The notes under the pieces were generated by a model. The model was given only the letters and a program-made list of their open reading frames with translations. It did no database searches and had not been told where the DNA came from. A program made the translations under genes and the position numbers. Shown in pieces: positions 24,450 through 38,899 of a stretch of DNA of 64,000 bases; the first letter of the stretch is position 1; each line of letters begins with the position of its first letter. This DNA is from Epiperipatus broadwayi (Eukaryota > Animalia > Onychophora): NCBI GenBank assembly GCA_028023455.1, contig JAQFVV010000003.1, positions 7,440,001 to 7,504,000 on the forward strand. The letters are read 5' to 3'.

Positions 24450-26930
24450 AATGAATGTTTGTAAATATAAATATTTTCCCAATACATATATACAATTATA
24501 CAGACAAAAATAAACATGCCTTATTCCCAGGAGCTAAATCACCAACCAAGCACTTGGCCGAAGGCGAGTTAAGAATCCCTGATCGACCAGGCTCATTTAT
24601 GACACTTTTATTTAAGTACTTACAACTCATATCACTTTCAATGAAGGAAGATTGCAAGAATTAGAAGAAGAACTGTCTTATATTAAATGGGACATTATTG
24701 ACTTTTGAAGTTAGAAGAAAAGGAGAAGAAACAATTATTTAAAAGTGGACATATACTCTATATAAAGGCACACATATTGGAAATACAAGGAGTAGATTCA
24801 TTATAAATAAAAAGGGAAGAACAATATTGTGGAGATTGATGGTATCACAGAGTGGCAAGATTAGTATACAACTTATAGCAGAACCAAATCAATAATTCAG
24901 TTTATCCCCAACAAGTTCTCATAGATGAAGTAGTAGAAGATTTTATATAACAAAACTTTACAGAGAAACAACATTTTAAAATTTAGAGACTTAATCTAGA
25001 ATGGAGACAAATGAAAGATGAAATTCTTAGTAATTTTTATGTAATAGAAATGAGAGAGGACATAGACTTTGAGATTGCAGAAAGAGAAAATTTATATTAT
25101 AATTCATTTTTGAGAAAAATTAAAAAAATAAGAAGCATCCAAATGAAGACAGCAAATTATATATTTACTAACAAAAAACATATTTCAAATTAATTTCTAA
25201 TAAAAACACAAAGACACATATAAAAATAAAAAACTAGAGAGACAAAATTATAAGAAAAACAATATTTACAATATTCTAATCTTCAAAACATTCTAAAATT
25301 TAAATAGAACACAAATATCAAGTAAATAACAAACAGATAAAAATAATAAAAAAAAAACACTTAAAAACTCAACAAACATACTAGAGAAAAAACAAATAAT
25401 AAAATTCAAGACTAAAATTTAAAGAAAAAAATAGAAGATATAAAAAAAATAAAAAAAAATACTCAATTTAAAAAAAAAAGAAAAATATAAGAAAAAACTA
25501 AATAGCAAGGAAAAGAAAAAATAAAACCAAAATAAACAACATTTTTATAGGAAAAACCAATAAAAAAAATAATATATAAAAAAAGACATCATAAATTTAG
25601 AAATTTTTACAAAATAATAGTAATAAAGAACAAACCTCCTATACCTATACATCTTCCAATTCCCAAATTTTAAAAAGAAGAGACATCAATAAAGAAGAAA
25701 GACCCAAAATATAATTAAATTATATATTAAAAGAACAGGAAGAAATAAAAAATTTACAAATATATACAAATCTTAATATAAAGATACGAAGATTGAAGAA
25801 TCAGTAATAATATAATATTTTAAAAAATAAAGAAATATAGAAATACAACTATCAGCCTTTTACATTAAAAAATTTTTACAAATAATACAACTCACAGAGA
25901 ACTTACCACCAACCAAGAGAACAACTATTTAGAAGTATACAAAACATACCAAAGAGAAGCATAGAAAACAAAGAATATATTTTTTTATTTATTTAAATAA
26001 AAACATTTACTATACACATTTCCAATAAACAACACAAATAACCAGATATTCATATTTTAAAGAATATTATAAAAACAACACAACAATAATACATAAATAC
26101 TAAAAATCAACATTAGAAAGGAAGACAAGGGATTCCAACTCCAAAACTCTTACACAGCTCAAGAAGTATTTTATAAAATAAATAAAGAGGAAAGTAAATG
26201 AGAGTATTTAGATTTAATTTCCAGATGATGTAGTTGTTTTTGTAAATAATGCTTCAGAGCTGCAGGAAATGTTGCAGGAGTTAACAGATGAAAGTAGAAA
26301 AGTAGGACTAAAGAAAATGTTAAAAAGACAAAGTAATGTTTAATCGATTTGCTCAAAATATGAAAATAAAGATGATTATGAAGAATTAGAAGAAGTAACA
26401 GTACAAATACCTTGGTCAGATTATTAATACAGATGGAAATATAATGGAGGAAATTAATCATAGAATAAACTTGGTTGGAGTGCTTTTGGTAGAAATAACT
26501 TGAACTAAAAGGAAATAGCCTATGTGTTTGAAAAGGAGGTTTTTAACAAATGTTTACCAGTTCTTACTTATGGATCTGAGACTGGACACTTAATAGAAGA
26601 GCAAACAGAGACTTCAGACCACCAAAGAAGTATGGAGAGAGTATGTTGGGAGTAACAAGAAGAGACAAAAGCAAGTATGGGTAAGACAACAAAAGGGTTA
26701 GACTTTATTGAAAAAAAAAAGAGAAAGGAGTGGGCGGACATATTGCTAGAAGAGAGATAATAGAGGACAATTGAAATTTTAAACTGGATTCCAAGAGATG
26801 TAAAAAACCCGAAAGAGCCACATGGAGAGGAGGAGAAATAAGAAAAGGCAGGGGTGTTGGGAGAAGACAAAGACGGAGAAGAGGAAAACTTGGAGAACCT
26901 CACCCGTGGATGAAATGGTTGGATGTTTGT
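24450..26930 (+). mobile_element. Near full-length decayed RTE-clade LINE (copy 1), endonuclease plus RT
   Basis: EVRRKGEETIILKSGHILY (24706), RT motifs NYRPIS-like, QPREQ, FPDDVV (26218), YGSETG, WAGHIARR-like, and the typical RTE 3' end. Many stops and indels. Confidence 0.92.
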
Positions 26931-27779
26931 ATTTAATAATAATTTTAGAAATTTGATTGTAATTTAAATAAAAGTAAAAATAATTGTATACTCCCTTTTG
27001 TATTTGAAATTTTGCAAGTAACAGTCAGTGAAAGATAATAGATTAATTAAAAGGAAAAATTCCCTAAAAGCTTTAATTACAAAATGTAAAGGTAAAAATA
27101 AACTTGAACAATAGAAATGCAGCTTTCTAGATAAATTAAACTTACAAGAATGCATGGATTCTCCTCAGGGCAAATGAGTGGATCCAAAAATAAAATAGAA
27201 TAAAAGTTTAAAGATATGATCAAAGAAAGGGGGACATTTTGAATTTTCTAAGAACTTTTAGTTAGACTTTAGCTGTGTTCTCGATCAGTTGAGAGGCTTC
27301 AGAAATCTTAAATTAGTTTACCCACCACAGTATGTTCGAGTAGAAAGCGCCCAGACTATTCTCCCCCTAGAGATGGTCGATTGTATGCCGAACCTTCACA
27401 TATACGCTCCATAGAATCAACCAAGAGGATCTGCTGCCCAAACAATCAGAAAGCTGCTGCTCCTATTGAAATAAATGAATAACCTAAATGCTGGAAAGAA
27501 CTGCTACTTTTGAACTCATGAACAATTTGCTACTGACCACTGAATCTGAAAACTTCATATAAACAGGTACCTGTACCCAAGCCCTAGAGTACTCTAAATA
27601 ATAATCATGCTATAGCTCACTCTATATAACTTGTAAAATTATAAATTGTAAAACTATGAATTTAATGATTAATTTATTATATAAATTTCTTTAATAATCT
27701 AGCTTGCCTAATTCTATCTTTTCTTAAATACGTATTTCTAAATTTTACATTTTTATTATCTAATTATAGCATGCTTATA

Positions 27780-29400
27780 AGATTTCCAACCAGACCTCGC
27801 CAAATTTAAATATAGATTTTAATTAAGACGGTTGCCATCTTGTCCAGCGACCTATAATATATTTCTTTTATATACTCACGTTGGCTGGTCAGCTCGGAAA
27901 TCTCCATAATTTTCTAAATGCAAATCCATGATTGCTTGAAACAGTGGATGCGTGTCCTGCAAATCCTCATTAATATTTACTTCTATAAATTAGAATATTT
28001 TCATATAAATCGACATGCATTCAGTGCTTCATTTACTGTAATGCAGGGGTCTACTACTTAGCAAATGGCTGACATATTAGTTGTTAATACTCACCCAGCT
28101 TAACTATTGCTTTTATATTTTATTAAATTTTAAGTAATAATTCCGTAAATCGCGTTTCTTTGAGAGTCAAAAACGTTCTTTATTAAATGTTGATGATGTA
28201 GGGCCGAGTTATAAAATATATTAAATCTTAACAGAATAGTCTGTAAATTATACATGTGTTATGTTTTAGAGACATGATGACCTATTATAAGCCTTGGATA
28301 CTCCGGATTCTATAGGATTTAAATTAATCCCAGTCATCCTACACAAGCGGACAAATAAATGTTCCCGTAGGGCTCAATGCCTTCACGCAGTCAGGAAGTA
28401 ATCGTGGCATGAACCACTTGCCCCTGATTATGCTTATGTGACACCTTACCTTTTGGGTCTATGGCAAACGCCAGCCCGTTGTTCTAAACTCATCCACGGC
28501 TTCGCAGTTTTAATATACTGCCACCCTCATATCGCCTTTCTAGACGTACCACGTGTTTTTGATTATTAACTTTATTACTCAATATATAACTCCGTCTCTG
28601 CATTAATGACATAACTCACTCTCAAATAAATGTCTGTCCATAGTTATTAGTAAATATCTTCTTTAATTAAATAAATATATGTCCGCCGTTACGATTATTA
28701 ATCCTACTTTAGACTCTTGCATTGCAAAGATATAAATCCCGAAGGCATGATCTTGAAATACTTGCTCGAGAATTTAGGTAGCTAGATTACATCAGCCAAA
28801 TAAATGTATCTCTTTGTAAAATATAACAGTATCGGAAATACCGCTACTGAGATTTTAAATAAAACAAAATATTATTGGTTAAATGATTTCATATAAAATA
28901 TTTTAAATAAATAATTTCAAACTATAAGTCTGCCGTTACATCTTTATTTATTCGATACTCATTCAATATAATATTTCCTTGATTCTGTAAAATATAAATG
29001 TTTAATATTATTGTTGTTATTGGCTGACTCGAAAATAAAGTCTTGAATCTCTTGCATCTCTATGACCACCATGCCTAAAGAAATATTTATTAATGTAGCA
29101 TCAGATGCGTTGTTTCATAGATTGTATTGTGGAACCGATAAACTATGTTCGAACTCAGTACTATGGGTGGCTTCACTACCTAGATGATGCTGCAGTTCTG
29201 TGTGGTGGTCGAATTCTGCACTGTGTTAACGAATCATACGAACCTGACCGTTACAATAAATATATAACTTCTTTTATTACATCCATTTTGGAAGATATTG
29301 TGTCAAATTATTCCATTTTACTCCAAATTTTATCCTATTCATTTGAAGATATAAATAATGAATTACTTTGAGTTTTCTAAACAGAATTTTTGGAATTAAA
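27780..29400 (-). other. CpG-containing, exon/intron-structured pseudogene or intron-bearing transposon of unknown family
   Basis: Strong minus-strand donors at 27879 (gtgagt), 28094 (gtgagt) and 28449 (gtaagg). One stop-free 103-nt exon-like unit (27880-27982, EVNINEDLQDTHPLFQAIMDLHLENYGDFRADQP). Neighbouring units contain stops. Confidence 0.35.
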
Positions 29401-30488
29401 ATTATAGCAAATTCTTTTTTTTTTTTTTTCTTTTATGATACTGTAGTTTTGTCTAAGAATTATAAACATTTATTGTTTTGAAGCTTTTACAGAATAATAA
29501 ATTTTAGAGATATATATAAAATTCCATGTATAATTCACATGTCAAAGCAATTTATCATATTTATTCTATTTTGATTATCTTGGCTAAAAATTTTTATAAT
29601 ACTTCTTAAATGAATACTTTAGTTCATTTTAATTTTGGAAAAAAAAAACTGATACTTTTATACTTTTAGAATACAAATGATTATTATAAATAAAACAAAA
29701 ATTAATATATTTATTTATGGTAGTCATCTATCATGTTTTATAATCATTATCTGGAAGCAATTATTAAACTAGTATGTAATTTTTTCTTTATTTCATGTCT
29801 CTCTGCCTCTCTACACTTGATAGAAAATAAAAATTGAATAAGTTTTTTAGATGAAAACATTTAATATAAATAATATACTTTATTAACACTTTTTTAATAG
29901 CAATTGATATTTTTTAAAATTATAAAATAATAAGAATTAAAAACAAAATTTTATAGCACGCACACACATACTTATGCATACAATATACAGAAACTCCTAT
30001 TATTTACAATACTTATATTTAAAAGACAAAGAATTTAATAAACATAATAATAAAAGCAATGCAATATCTGTATCTTGAAACTAATATGTGCTTTATTAAC
30101 TTGCAATCCATCTTAGCTACTCTGCCATACCATAATATTCAGCAGGACCAAAGAGTATGTAGGTCCACAAACAAATATATACATTCAGAAATGTTAATAT
30201 GCTTTACAAATGTGAATTACAAAGAGAATAGTATAAACTGCATCTAAATGACAAACATTGCAAGAATATCTGGTATTTACATTTGCAAAGTATGCATTTA
30301 TATTTCTGAATATATAAAAATTATAGTTATTGCTTTGTAGATGTGTTTACTATTTGAACTTGTCAAACAATCACAATGACAAAATAAAACTATTCAGAGA
30401 GACAGATTGCATTTTTAAAAGCCAAAGGTTTGTAATAATGTTGTAAGTGTAAATTTTATTTTAAAGACATTTATATGTATATACTCAC

Positions 30489-30555
30489 CTTCATGAGAAC
30501 CAATTACTTTCCCAGTTTCTATATTAATAAAATGTCCAGACTTGGATTCAATATA
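30489..30555 (-). CDS. TRMU: TRMU coding exon, YIESKSGHFINIETGKVIGSHE(G)
   Basis: Acceptor gttattag|TAT, donor G|gtgagt; 67 nt. Matches the MnmA GxFI...G.H.G segment. Not in the ORF track; found by reading the minus strand. Confidence 0.95.
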
Positions 30556-33500
30556 CTAATAACATAATGTATATATATATATTGTAGGAAAATTTTCACA
30601 GATAAAAGATAGAAACATATATTTCAGACTAATCCATATATACATTCTCTGATGTTAACATTAGCATTATAAATAAAGTTTCTACTAGATTTCACTAGCC
30701 ATCACTTGGTAATAGAAATCACTTAAGGATGTTGAAAATGCCCAAAAATCAAAAATGTTAATATCAAAACAAAAAAATGTATAAATGGAGAATTTGAAAT
30801 ATATGTTCACACAAGCATACATGTACATACAAAAGAAACACATAGATTAATAAAAAAATATATATAGCAAATTCTAAGTAATATATATAAATAATTTTTT
30901 TAGCAGCAATTCCATAACTTGTTTTTTTTTTAAATTTAAAATTGCCCTTTATGATTGTAATAATAATCAAAAAAAGATAGCAGACAAACAGATGAACTCA
31001 CTGGATTGTTTAGCTAAAGGAATGACTACATGTAATGTATTTTTCTCTAGCAAGATAACCAAAAAGTTATGCATTACATATTATAAGTTCTTTACGGTAT
31101 AATGATTAGTGCAACCACTTATGCTGACAAGCAGAAACTCAAATCCATGTAGAACTTAAAATTTTGTTTAATAGCTTAAAATTTGTAAATAATCCAGGAT
31201 ATTATACGTAATTCAATTATTGCAAGTAAAATAGTATGTAACTATTACTCTAAAGAAAGATAAAAGATATTATTAAGATATGCCATGCTCTATCCTCTGA
31301 CCTGCAGGCCAAGTTTGACCCTTGAAAACTTTCAATCCAGACCCCAGACATTTTCACAAACATGTATAAAATATACCTGTATAAAACTTCCATTTAAACA
31401 TGCATGTAGTGCAGTGCAAATATACATGCAAATATTGAATTGAGAATTAAGTAAAATAAAATATTTAATTTTTTCAACTACATCCTTTTCTCTCTTCAAT
31501 CTTTATAATACTACTTTATTCTATCAGACATACAATATTTCAAAAATTATGGTTTATGTATGATCTATCTATCTTCAGATTTAATTTAGAATGCTGAGAG
31601 CATTTTGATTATTTTTACAATGATTTCTGCAGGTGAATGTATAACTAGCAAAAGGAAATCTCAAATTTATTTCATTTCATTATATTTTACATTTTTTTTT
31701 TTTTTAGTAGGATGGAGTAAGATAAGAAAAGTTGACACAGAGAATCATGACTTTGATAAGAAATGGACCAATGCATATTTTTCTTTATAGAAAGAAATAA
31801 TAAACCAATGTACCTGATATGCCTGAAAAATATTGCAGTCAATAAAAAAATACATTATCAAGAAATGCTATTTATCAAAACATTCTGACCAAAAGAAAAT
31901 TATTGGGGAAGAAAAAATATTAAAAAAAAAACTTGAATAGGAATGTCATCAAATAGCTGGCATGTTTTATAAAAAGTATACAGAAGTCAAAAAAAAATAT
32001 AATCACATTATTTCCTTCTACTTGTATACCTGTAATTGATCATTCTATTAAAATTTTGATACAAATCTTATATTAATCTCATATATCTGAAATGATCTTT
32101 TGCTTGTTATTTGCTGAAAAATAATTCATTATAAATTGCAACATTGCATTTTAATACTTTTAGATGCTGATATGACTCAATGAATTATAATCTAAGAGAA
32201 ACATGTAAAAATTGTTAATCATTAAAATATCAGAATCAAAAACCAATTTATAAGCACTTACTGAAGAATATTTTTAATGTCATTGAAAATCAAATTATAT
32301 TAATATTATAACATCAGCAGTTACAATAAAGCATAAAAAATTTGAACTCCAATATGTTAATAAATGATTTTTAATCAATGCTTTTTATAATGAACTGCAA
32401 AATATTTTTAAGCTATCCCGTTCATTTACTTAATTCTTTTTAAGTACCATATCATATATTGAATTAAGAATACAATACTTCCTCTACGTCCACATTTGGC
32501 TTCAAGCCACATTGCTGCTACCAAACATCATGGATATTAGTGAACCATATGATATGTTTTTTAATAGCCATAAATTTCAGGTGTGTGCACATCCTGTAAA
32601 AACATGATAGATGTGTGAATACACTGCAGACTAAAAAATTAAAGTAAATATTTCTTTTTTTAAAATTAATGTCTAATGTTTTTTTATTTGTTATGTACCA
32701 GTTTTTGAATTGTGACTACTGTCTGGTAACATTTAAGATTTATCAAAGATGAAATATGTAAGTACTAAGTAAATTAACAAATATTAGATGACTTAGACAG
32801 ATTCTTAGGTCCTAGTTTAATGATTTTTTAATATAAAGTATTAACTAAATTAGCATTTTTTCAAGCAGTGATTACTTTTTATTTTGTCTTTGAGTTTAGA
32901 TCTGACCACTTTCTATGTAAATATAAAAATCATTTCTTTGATTATTCATTGGAGAAAGCAACACCAATGCCTCAGTTAACTTACAACTTAGCTCTTAAAA
33001 TTGCTGACCTGGCTTAAGATTTATATAGCTAAACAAATAATTGTTCTTGGCTTTAGGGTGTTTAAATTTTCAACAATTGATTTTGAAAATAAAGATGGCC
33101 AGAAACAGTACAAATTCAATGCTACTTTCCAAAAATAAACCAATAAGAAAGCAGTTACTGAAATCTGCTATACAGTGTTCATTAATTTACTTAGTATCTA
33201 CATATTTTGAATTTATAAATAAGATGTCATCATTGCTTTACTTTTATTTGAGGTTATCCTCTGTATGTCACTATAGCTATATTATTTACTTGTTATTATA
33301 AATTACATATAACTACTCATTTAGGGATCTCAAAAATAGGTTTTGTTTTTAGAAATAAAATTTAGGTAACTTCAAACCCCATAAATAACTTTGATCAAAG
33401 TATTTTTGTTAATCAAAAACATTGCAAAGAAAAAGATCACTCAACATTATGTTTGAGTTTATAACTTCAAGTGTATTGTTACTCACTGAAAAGTTAAAAT

Positions 33501-33929
33501 TGTTAATATTATAGATCATTAGCAATTCTAAATATGAAATACTTATTTGAAAAATGATAACATTTGCTTAAAGTTTTGGTATAAGATATCAAAAGATAAA
33601 TTTAGAAGCATAATAAATAAAGCGAATAAATAAATAGAAGTTGCCTGCCTTCAAACAATGCAAACTTATTTAATGAGATCATCATAATTACTTTTGATTA
33701 TTTTTAACCCATCACAAAAAAATTCATTCTAATAATATGAAATTTTCTCCACTTCACTCTAGGTAACATTCTTATCTCATTCATCTCTAGATCTCTTCAA
33801 ATCTTTTTGAATCAAATTTATAACTTTAGATCTTCATTTATTTCAACATATATAAATGTATAAGATGAAATATTGCTAATCACATAAGTATTTGCTTTAT
33901 TAGCTATAATTTATTTGAAATTTGTAAAT

Positions 33930-35000
33930 ATAGTGAGAGCATCATCAGCACATGAGGTTATCAACAACTGCTTACAGCATCAGGAAGCAATGACGGAATG
34001 TTCTTACTTACATATGAAGAGAAATTTTCAAATTTGAACTAACTAATGTTATGAATTAATATTTCAGTTTGTCAATCAAAAGTAGATCAGAATTCTAGAT
34101 GCTCTATTCTTTATTCCAAATGTTTTTGTAGTTAGTGTTAGAAAAACATATCCAATTATCACATTCAGGGGTGGTAGATGTCCAGGTAGTAAAAAAAAGT
34201 GATAAATTAATTGGTTTATTAAAACATGTCTGATATAAAACATACATTAAAATTATTAAAGGAATATCGAAAACGACAAATTTTATTATGTCAATATTAA
34301 AAAATGTTGTACTTAATTTAGATTAACAAACCATTCTTATCACTCTATTTTACTGTCATCTATTGCAAATGCAGATCTTCGAAGTAAGTTAGAAGATTCT
34401 CATCAGGTGATGCTTTACTTATTAAATTTGGATTCAATGGCTGCAGCATTAGTTTTACAACTGCATTATGTTCCTTTGTCTGCTCTTTATAGTAATTTGA
34501 AAAGAAAATAGCATACTGAGTTAGATAAAATGCTTAATCAACTCAGTAGTTTTATAAACTTCTTTTAATGAAAAAGTTAACCAAGTTCCAGTGTTTAGCT
34601 GCTATGTTTGACCACAGAAATTGCCCATGACAGTGATAATATGTTTTCACTCAAATGGTTTCATTTTAACAAATTTCTTTGAATGCTTTTCTACTTCAGA
34701 TCTAGTTAATATACAGTTGCCTCTGCATCTCCACAGTCAATGGCAAGCTAAGAATTTCTCTTAGTTTTCCAAATGGCGTTCTAGGACAAGTATTTTACTA
34801 AATTTATCCTAATATATCACACAAACATTTTCTCTAAAAACAATTATCAACACTTAAAAACTTGTGAAGCACAACTTTTTAATGATTAAAACCTCCAAAG
34901 AATGGACTAGCAGACCTATTATATAGAATATATTCAATTACCAATAGTATAGTCATTGTTGATTCATAGCTTCTTTTATGGCTAGTGTATTTGGTGATTT
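33930..35000 (-). mobile_element. Decayed hAT (ZMYM1-like) transposase fragments
   Basis: Broken-frame CVIY*DKFSKILVLERHLE (RYV...ERFL-like), CHGQ...SNIAAKH (CRGQ..NM.GKH-like) and SLLPDAVSSC. Confidence 0.4.
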
Positions 35001-35540
35001 AATATTCAAACAAATAAAGTTAAAATGAATGTGGTAATAATTTCTGTTAAAAACTAGAAGAAAAAAAAACTTTTTGGATTCATAAATCAGTTTACACCAT
35101 ACTGTATAGCTATTTTTTTTTTCTCATGAATTTTTTGATTCTGCAAATCAACAAACAGTTGCAGACATGACATAATATACATTATCTAGAACTGCATGAT
35201 TAAATTAAACCATGGTGTAGAAAATCAAAAAAAAGTATCATGAATATTACAAAATCTATAATACAAATGTATTTAGGTATAGCATTGGATTTAATTATGT
35301 CAGAATTAATCAATCAATATGTTAACAAACAAACAATAAAAAAAAAAAAAAAAAAATTGCAAAAGGTTATAATATTTCGCAAAAGATATACAAGAAAGAA
35401 AAATAAAAGAATAAAAAATACAACAACAAAATAATTAGATGGGAGAAAGCAGATAAAGAACAAATGGGATAATGTAAAAGAAAAAAACAAACAAACGCAT
35501 AAATAATTAAAAAAATTAAAAAAGAATATTCATTATTTAC

Positions 35541-35594
35541 CTCTTTTATAAACTTTTGATATTTCCGTTCTCCAATAAAGCAAATTCCCATACT
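35541..35594 (-). CDS. TRMU: TRMU coding exon, SMGICFIGERKYQKFIKE
   Basis: Acceptor ttattacag|AGT, donor GAG|gtaaat; 54 nt, phase 0/0. SMGICF holds the second catalytic Cys of MnmA enzymes. Confidence 0.97.
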
Positions 35595-38500
35595 CTGTAA
35601 TAAAATTTGAAAGTACATTATATAATATTTAAACAGCAATTCAAAGAAATAAAAATTAATAAATACTTCCATAAACATAAAATATGCATTAATTAAAAAA
35701 AAAAATCACATTCTTCAAAAGAATTATTATTGTGACAAATAATATATTATACTTCAAAACCGTTTTTATTTTTATACTTAATATTTCTTATTTTGAAGCT
35801 GTTTTAACAGACACCATCAGTCCAAATAAAAATAAAATAAAATAAACAAATATTAAAAAAAAATACGCATAATTTATTAATTTAATTTTGATTAAGGTTA
35901 ATTATAAAAAAAGATAATTGAAACATACATGATACGGAGGATAAAAGTAAAAAGATAATATCATTGGAGTTTGATATAATAATAATTAAATATGTACCAA
36001 TCATTTTGATCTATGTAAAAAGATGTATTTAATTTTCTTACTATTGAAGAGACCATCATTTTACAAAATGAGAAATCTTCTACAAGAAGAATTTAAAATT
36101 ACTGCCAGATAACAATGTAAAATCTTGCAGATCTTCAAAGACATAAATGAAGCATCTTCCACTACAATAAAGCACATTAAATTCCTTGACATCTCTGTAT
36201 AGTGCAAATGCAACAAAATCATTTTTTTCATCAACATACCAATGCAGTACGAATTATTTTGGCATTTAAATATTAAAATTTAAGTTTAATAATTTACTTT
36301 AATGAGAGCCTCATAATGTAAATTAATATATTAGCTTGCTAAGTCCATAACACTGAGTACAAATCCACTCGAGCTAACTAGATTTTTTTTTTCTATGTAG
36401 CCAAGGATTTCTCCAAAACATCTTATGATTTTTCCAGTAGCCAATCTGTAATTCTTCAGCTAACTAGTCAAAATTATGGACAAGATAAAATGTCACAGAA
36501 TGATGGACAATTGAACCCATAATTCATCTCTCACCATTCTAACATTTAATGTGTACGATTTAAATTTTACTATTCTTTCAAAATATTCTTTATTAATTAT
36601 CTTACATTTATTTGATATTATGTAAGAAAGAAATTACACATTCTGATATTATATAAAAAAGAAATGAAATATTATCAAATGACATTAAAAATATACATTT
36701 ATTTCAAAAATGCTTTCATTAAAAGCAATTTCTTTATAAATAGTACAATTATATATTTTATATAAAAAAAAAATTTTCATGATATGAAATAGATTTCAGC
36801 CATTCTAGTTTTCATATAGCTCAATCTAATTACCTTTTCTCATTCATTCTTTTTCAAAACTTATTTATATATGCTGAAAGATTTTACTCTATCCTATTCC
36901 TAATTATTCTAGTTTCTGAACTATACAAAGCTCTATAAATTTAAAACTAAATACTCAAGAAGTATATATCTTAATTACAGAAATCTATAAAATAATTTTT
37001 TTTATTTATTAAAATTGAAAGATCTCAATGTGGTATTATTAGTGCATTGGTTGCTACAATTCTTCCTTGACATAAAAATCCAGCTTTTTAATAGCTGATT
37101 AATACTTCAGATAATTAATCTTGCTACCCATCCAATAAACATCAGTAAATAGATATCTTACTAACATAAACCATGAGCTTGATACTTAGGATTGCTTAGC
37201 TGAAAGATAAAGATCAGAAAATAATCAGAAATAATCATTTGAGTATTGATATGCTATCAAAAAAAAAAAACATTTCTAATATGATATAGTTTTCACTGCA
37301 AATGAGGAATACATCATACAGCTATGAGATTTAGCGCAAAATTTACCTTCTGATACTTATAAAAAGCTTATTTAGCAATTGCAATTCACATTCTAATTTA
37401 TATTTTACTAGTTTCACTTTCAACTAACCAGTATGATACAACATTTAAGAATACCCCATGTTCTAATATTTCCTATCCAACTAACATTCATCTGTGTTCT
37501 TTTTATTTTCAAATTGTTTTATTAGCATTTATTTTCATCTTTCATATAATGCAATGACTCCCCCTTCCCCCATTCAACATTAATTCTGCTTTCATTGAAA
37601 CAATTCATTTATGTATCATCATAAGTATACACTAGTAAATAAATTTTAAAGATGAGTTTTGCAATGAACATAGGAATTAATTAATCATAATCTCAAATTC
37701 ACATACATAATACACTGGTTTTTTAGACTATTTTTTCATCATTTTTTACAGCTAACATCATTTTTTGTCAGCTTTAACACTGTATTTACATGTAATTCTC
37801 CGTTGCATTTTATCTTCATCATATGTTACTAATTAAATCACCCAATATTGCATGTCTTTTGAATGCCTTTGAGATAATTTTAAAATACAAAAGAGGTTTA
37901 TCTTTCATATGAAAACTTTGCTCAAATTCTCTATAAAATATTTATTACACAAAAATATAAAGAAATAGTAGCTCTGGTTTATATTTCTATTTAACCTAGC
38001 CCTTCTAAAAATAATTACATAATACAATATCTTCTGCATTTTATATATGTATGTTGATTTCTCTGCCCAAAAGATGACTAAAAAAAAGATATTTGTCCAT
38101 CTGATAAATTCTATTTCAATCTAAATCCTTTTAAAAATACCTATAAACTAAAATAGTAATAACTTTTTTTTACCTCTGGCTAAATATGTTTCTACAATAA
38201 TTCTCAATTCCAATTGTTTATCTCTTCATTTATATCTCTCTTTAATGTCAAATTGTTTTTCAAATAACAAATATATTTATTCTAAAAAAGTTTTATGTTC
38301 AAAATTCTCAACTAAATCTTATTTGCAGGTGAAATTACACTAACCACTCTGAAATCCATAATTTCAATTCATGAAGTTCTTTCACTAATAGAAAAATAAT
38401 GATTGAAAAAAAAAAAAAAAAAACTACAAATCACTGATTTATATAATTAATTTCTTTATAAATACCAACTGGTTCTTTTGCAATTGTTATACCCATAGCC

Positions 38501-38899
38501 TTTAGTAATTACAATAACATTTCTGGAGTAATAAACTCCATATGTGCATAGTAGAATAATTCTTACTAGTCAGATTTTTCAGAAGTTATCTTAATAAAAT
38601 TGCAAATAATGATTGGTTTGTTTTAATCTACAAACTATATGAAAATGAATATTTTCATCTGGTCTCCAAAATCTTATATGGACAACAAACTAAACTATAT
38701 ATTTACATCAGATATACTATTAAATATTATCAGTGCTACAGATTTAATAATGGCAATTTATTTACAAGGTTATTAAAATTAACTAAATTTATATCTTCAG
38801 TAATTATTGAGGTCTATTAAATTCTTTGTTCTGTAACATTTTAAATTATAATCATAGTTTTAATTATAAATTTATTTAAACGCACATTGATTACGTAAG

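Noticed and set aside
24330-24600. HDV-like ribozyme expected at the 5' end of an RTE element
   Set aside because: Could not assemble the nested double pseudoknot by eye.
27225-27640. Polypurine tract AAAGAAAGGGGGAC followed by an LTR-like GC-richer block
   Set aside because: No TG...CA termini or TSD could be fixed.
34370-34420. Minus-strand CTGATGAGAA...TTCGAAG
   Set aside because: No helix I or III pairing, and it lies within a decayed hAT coding remnant. Chance match.
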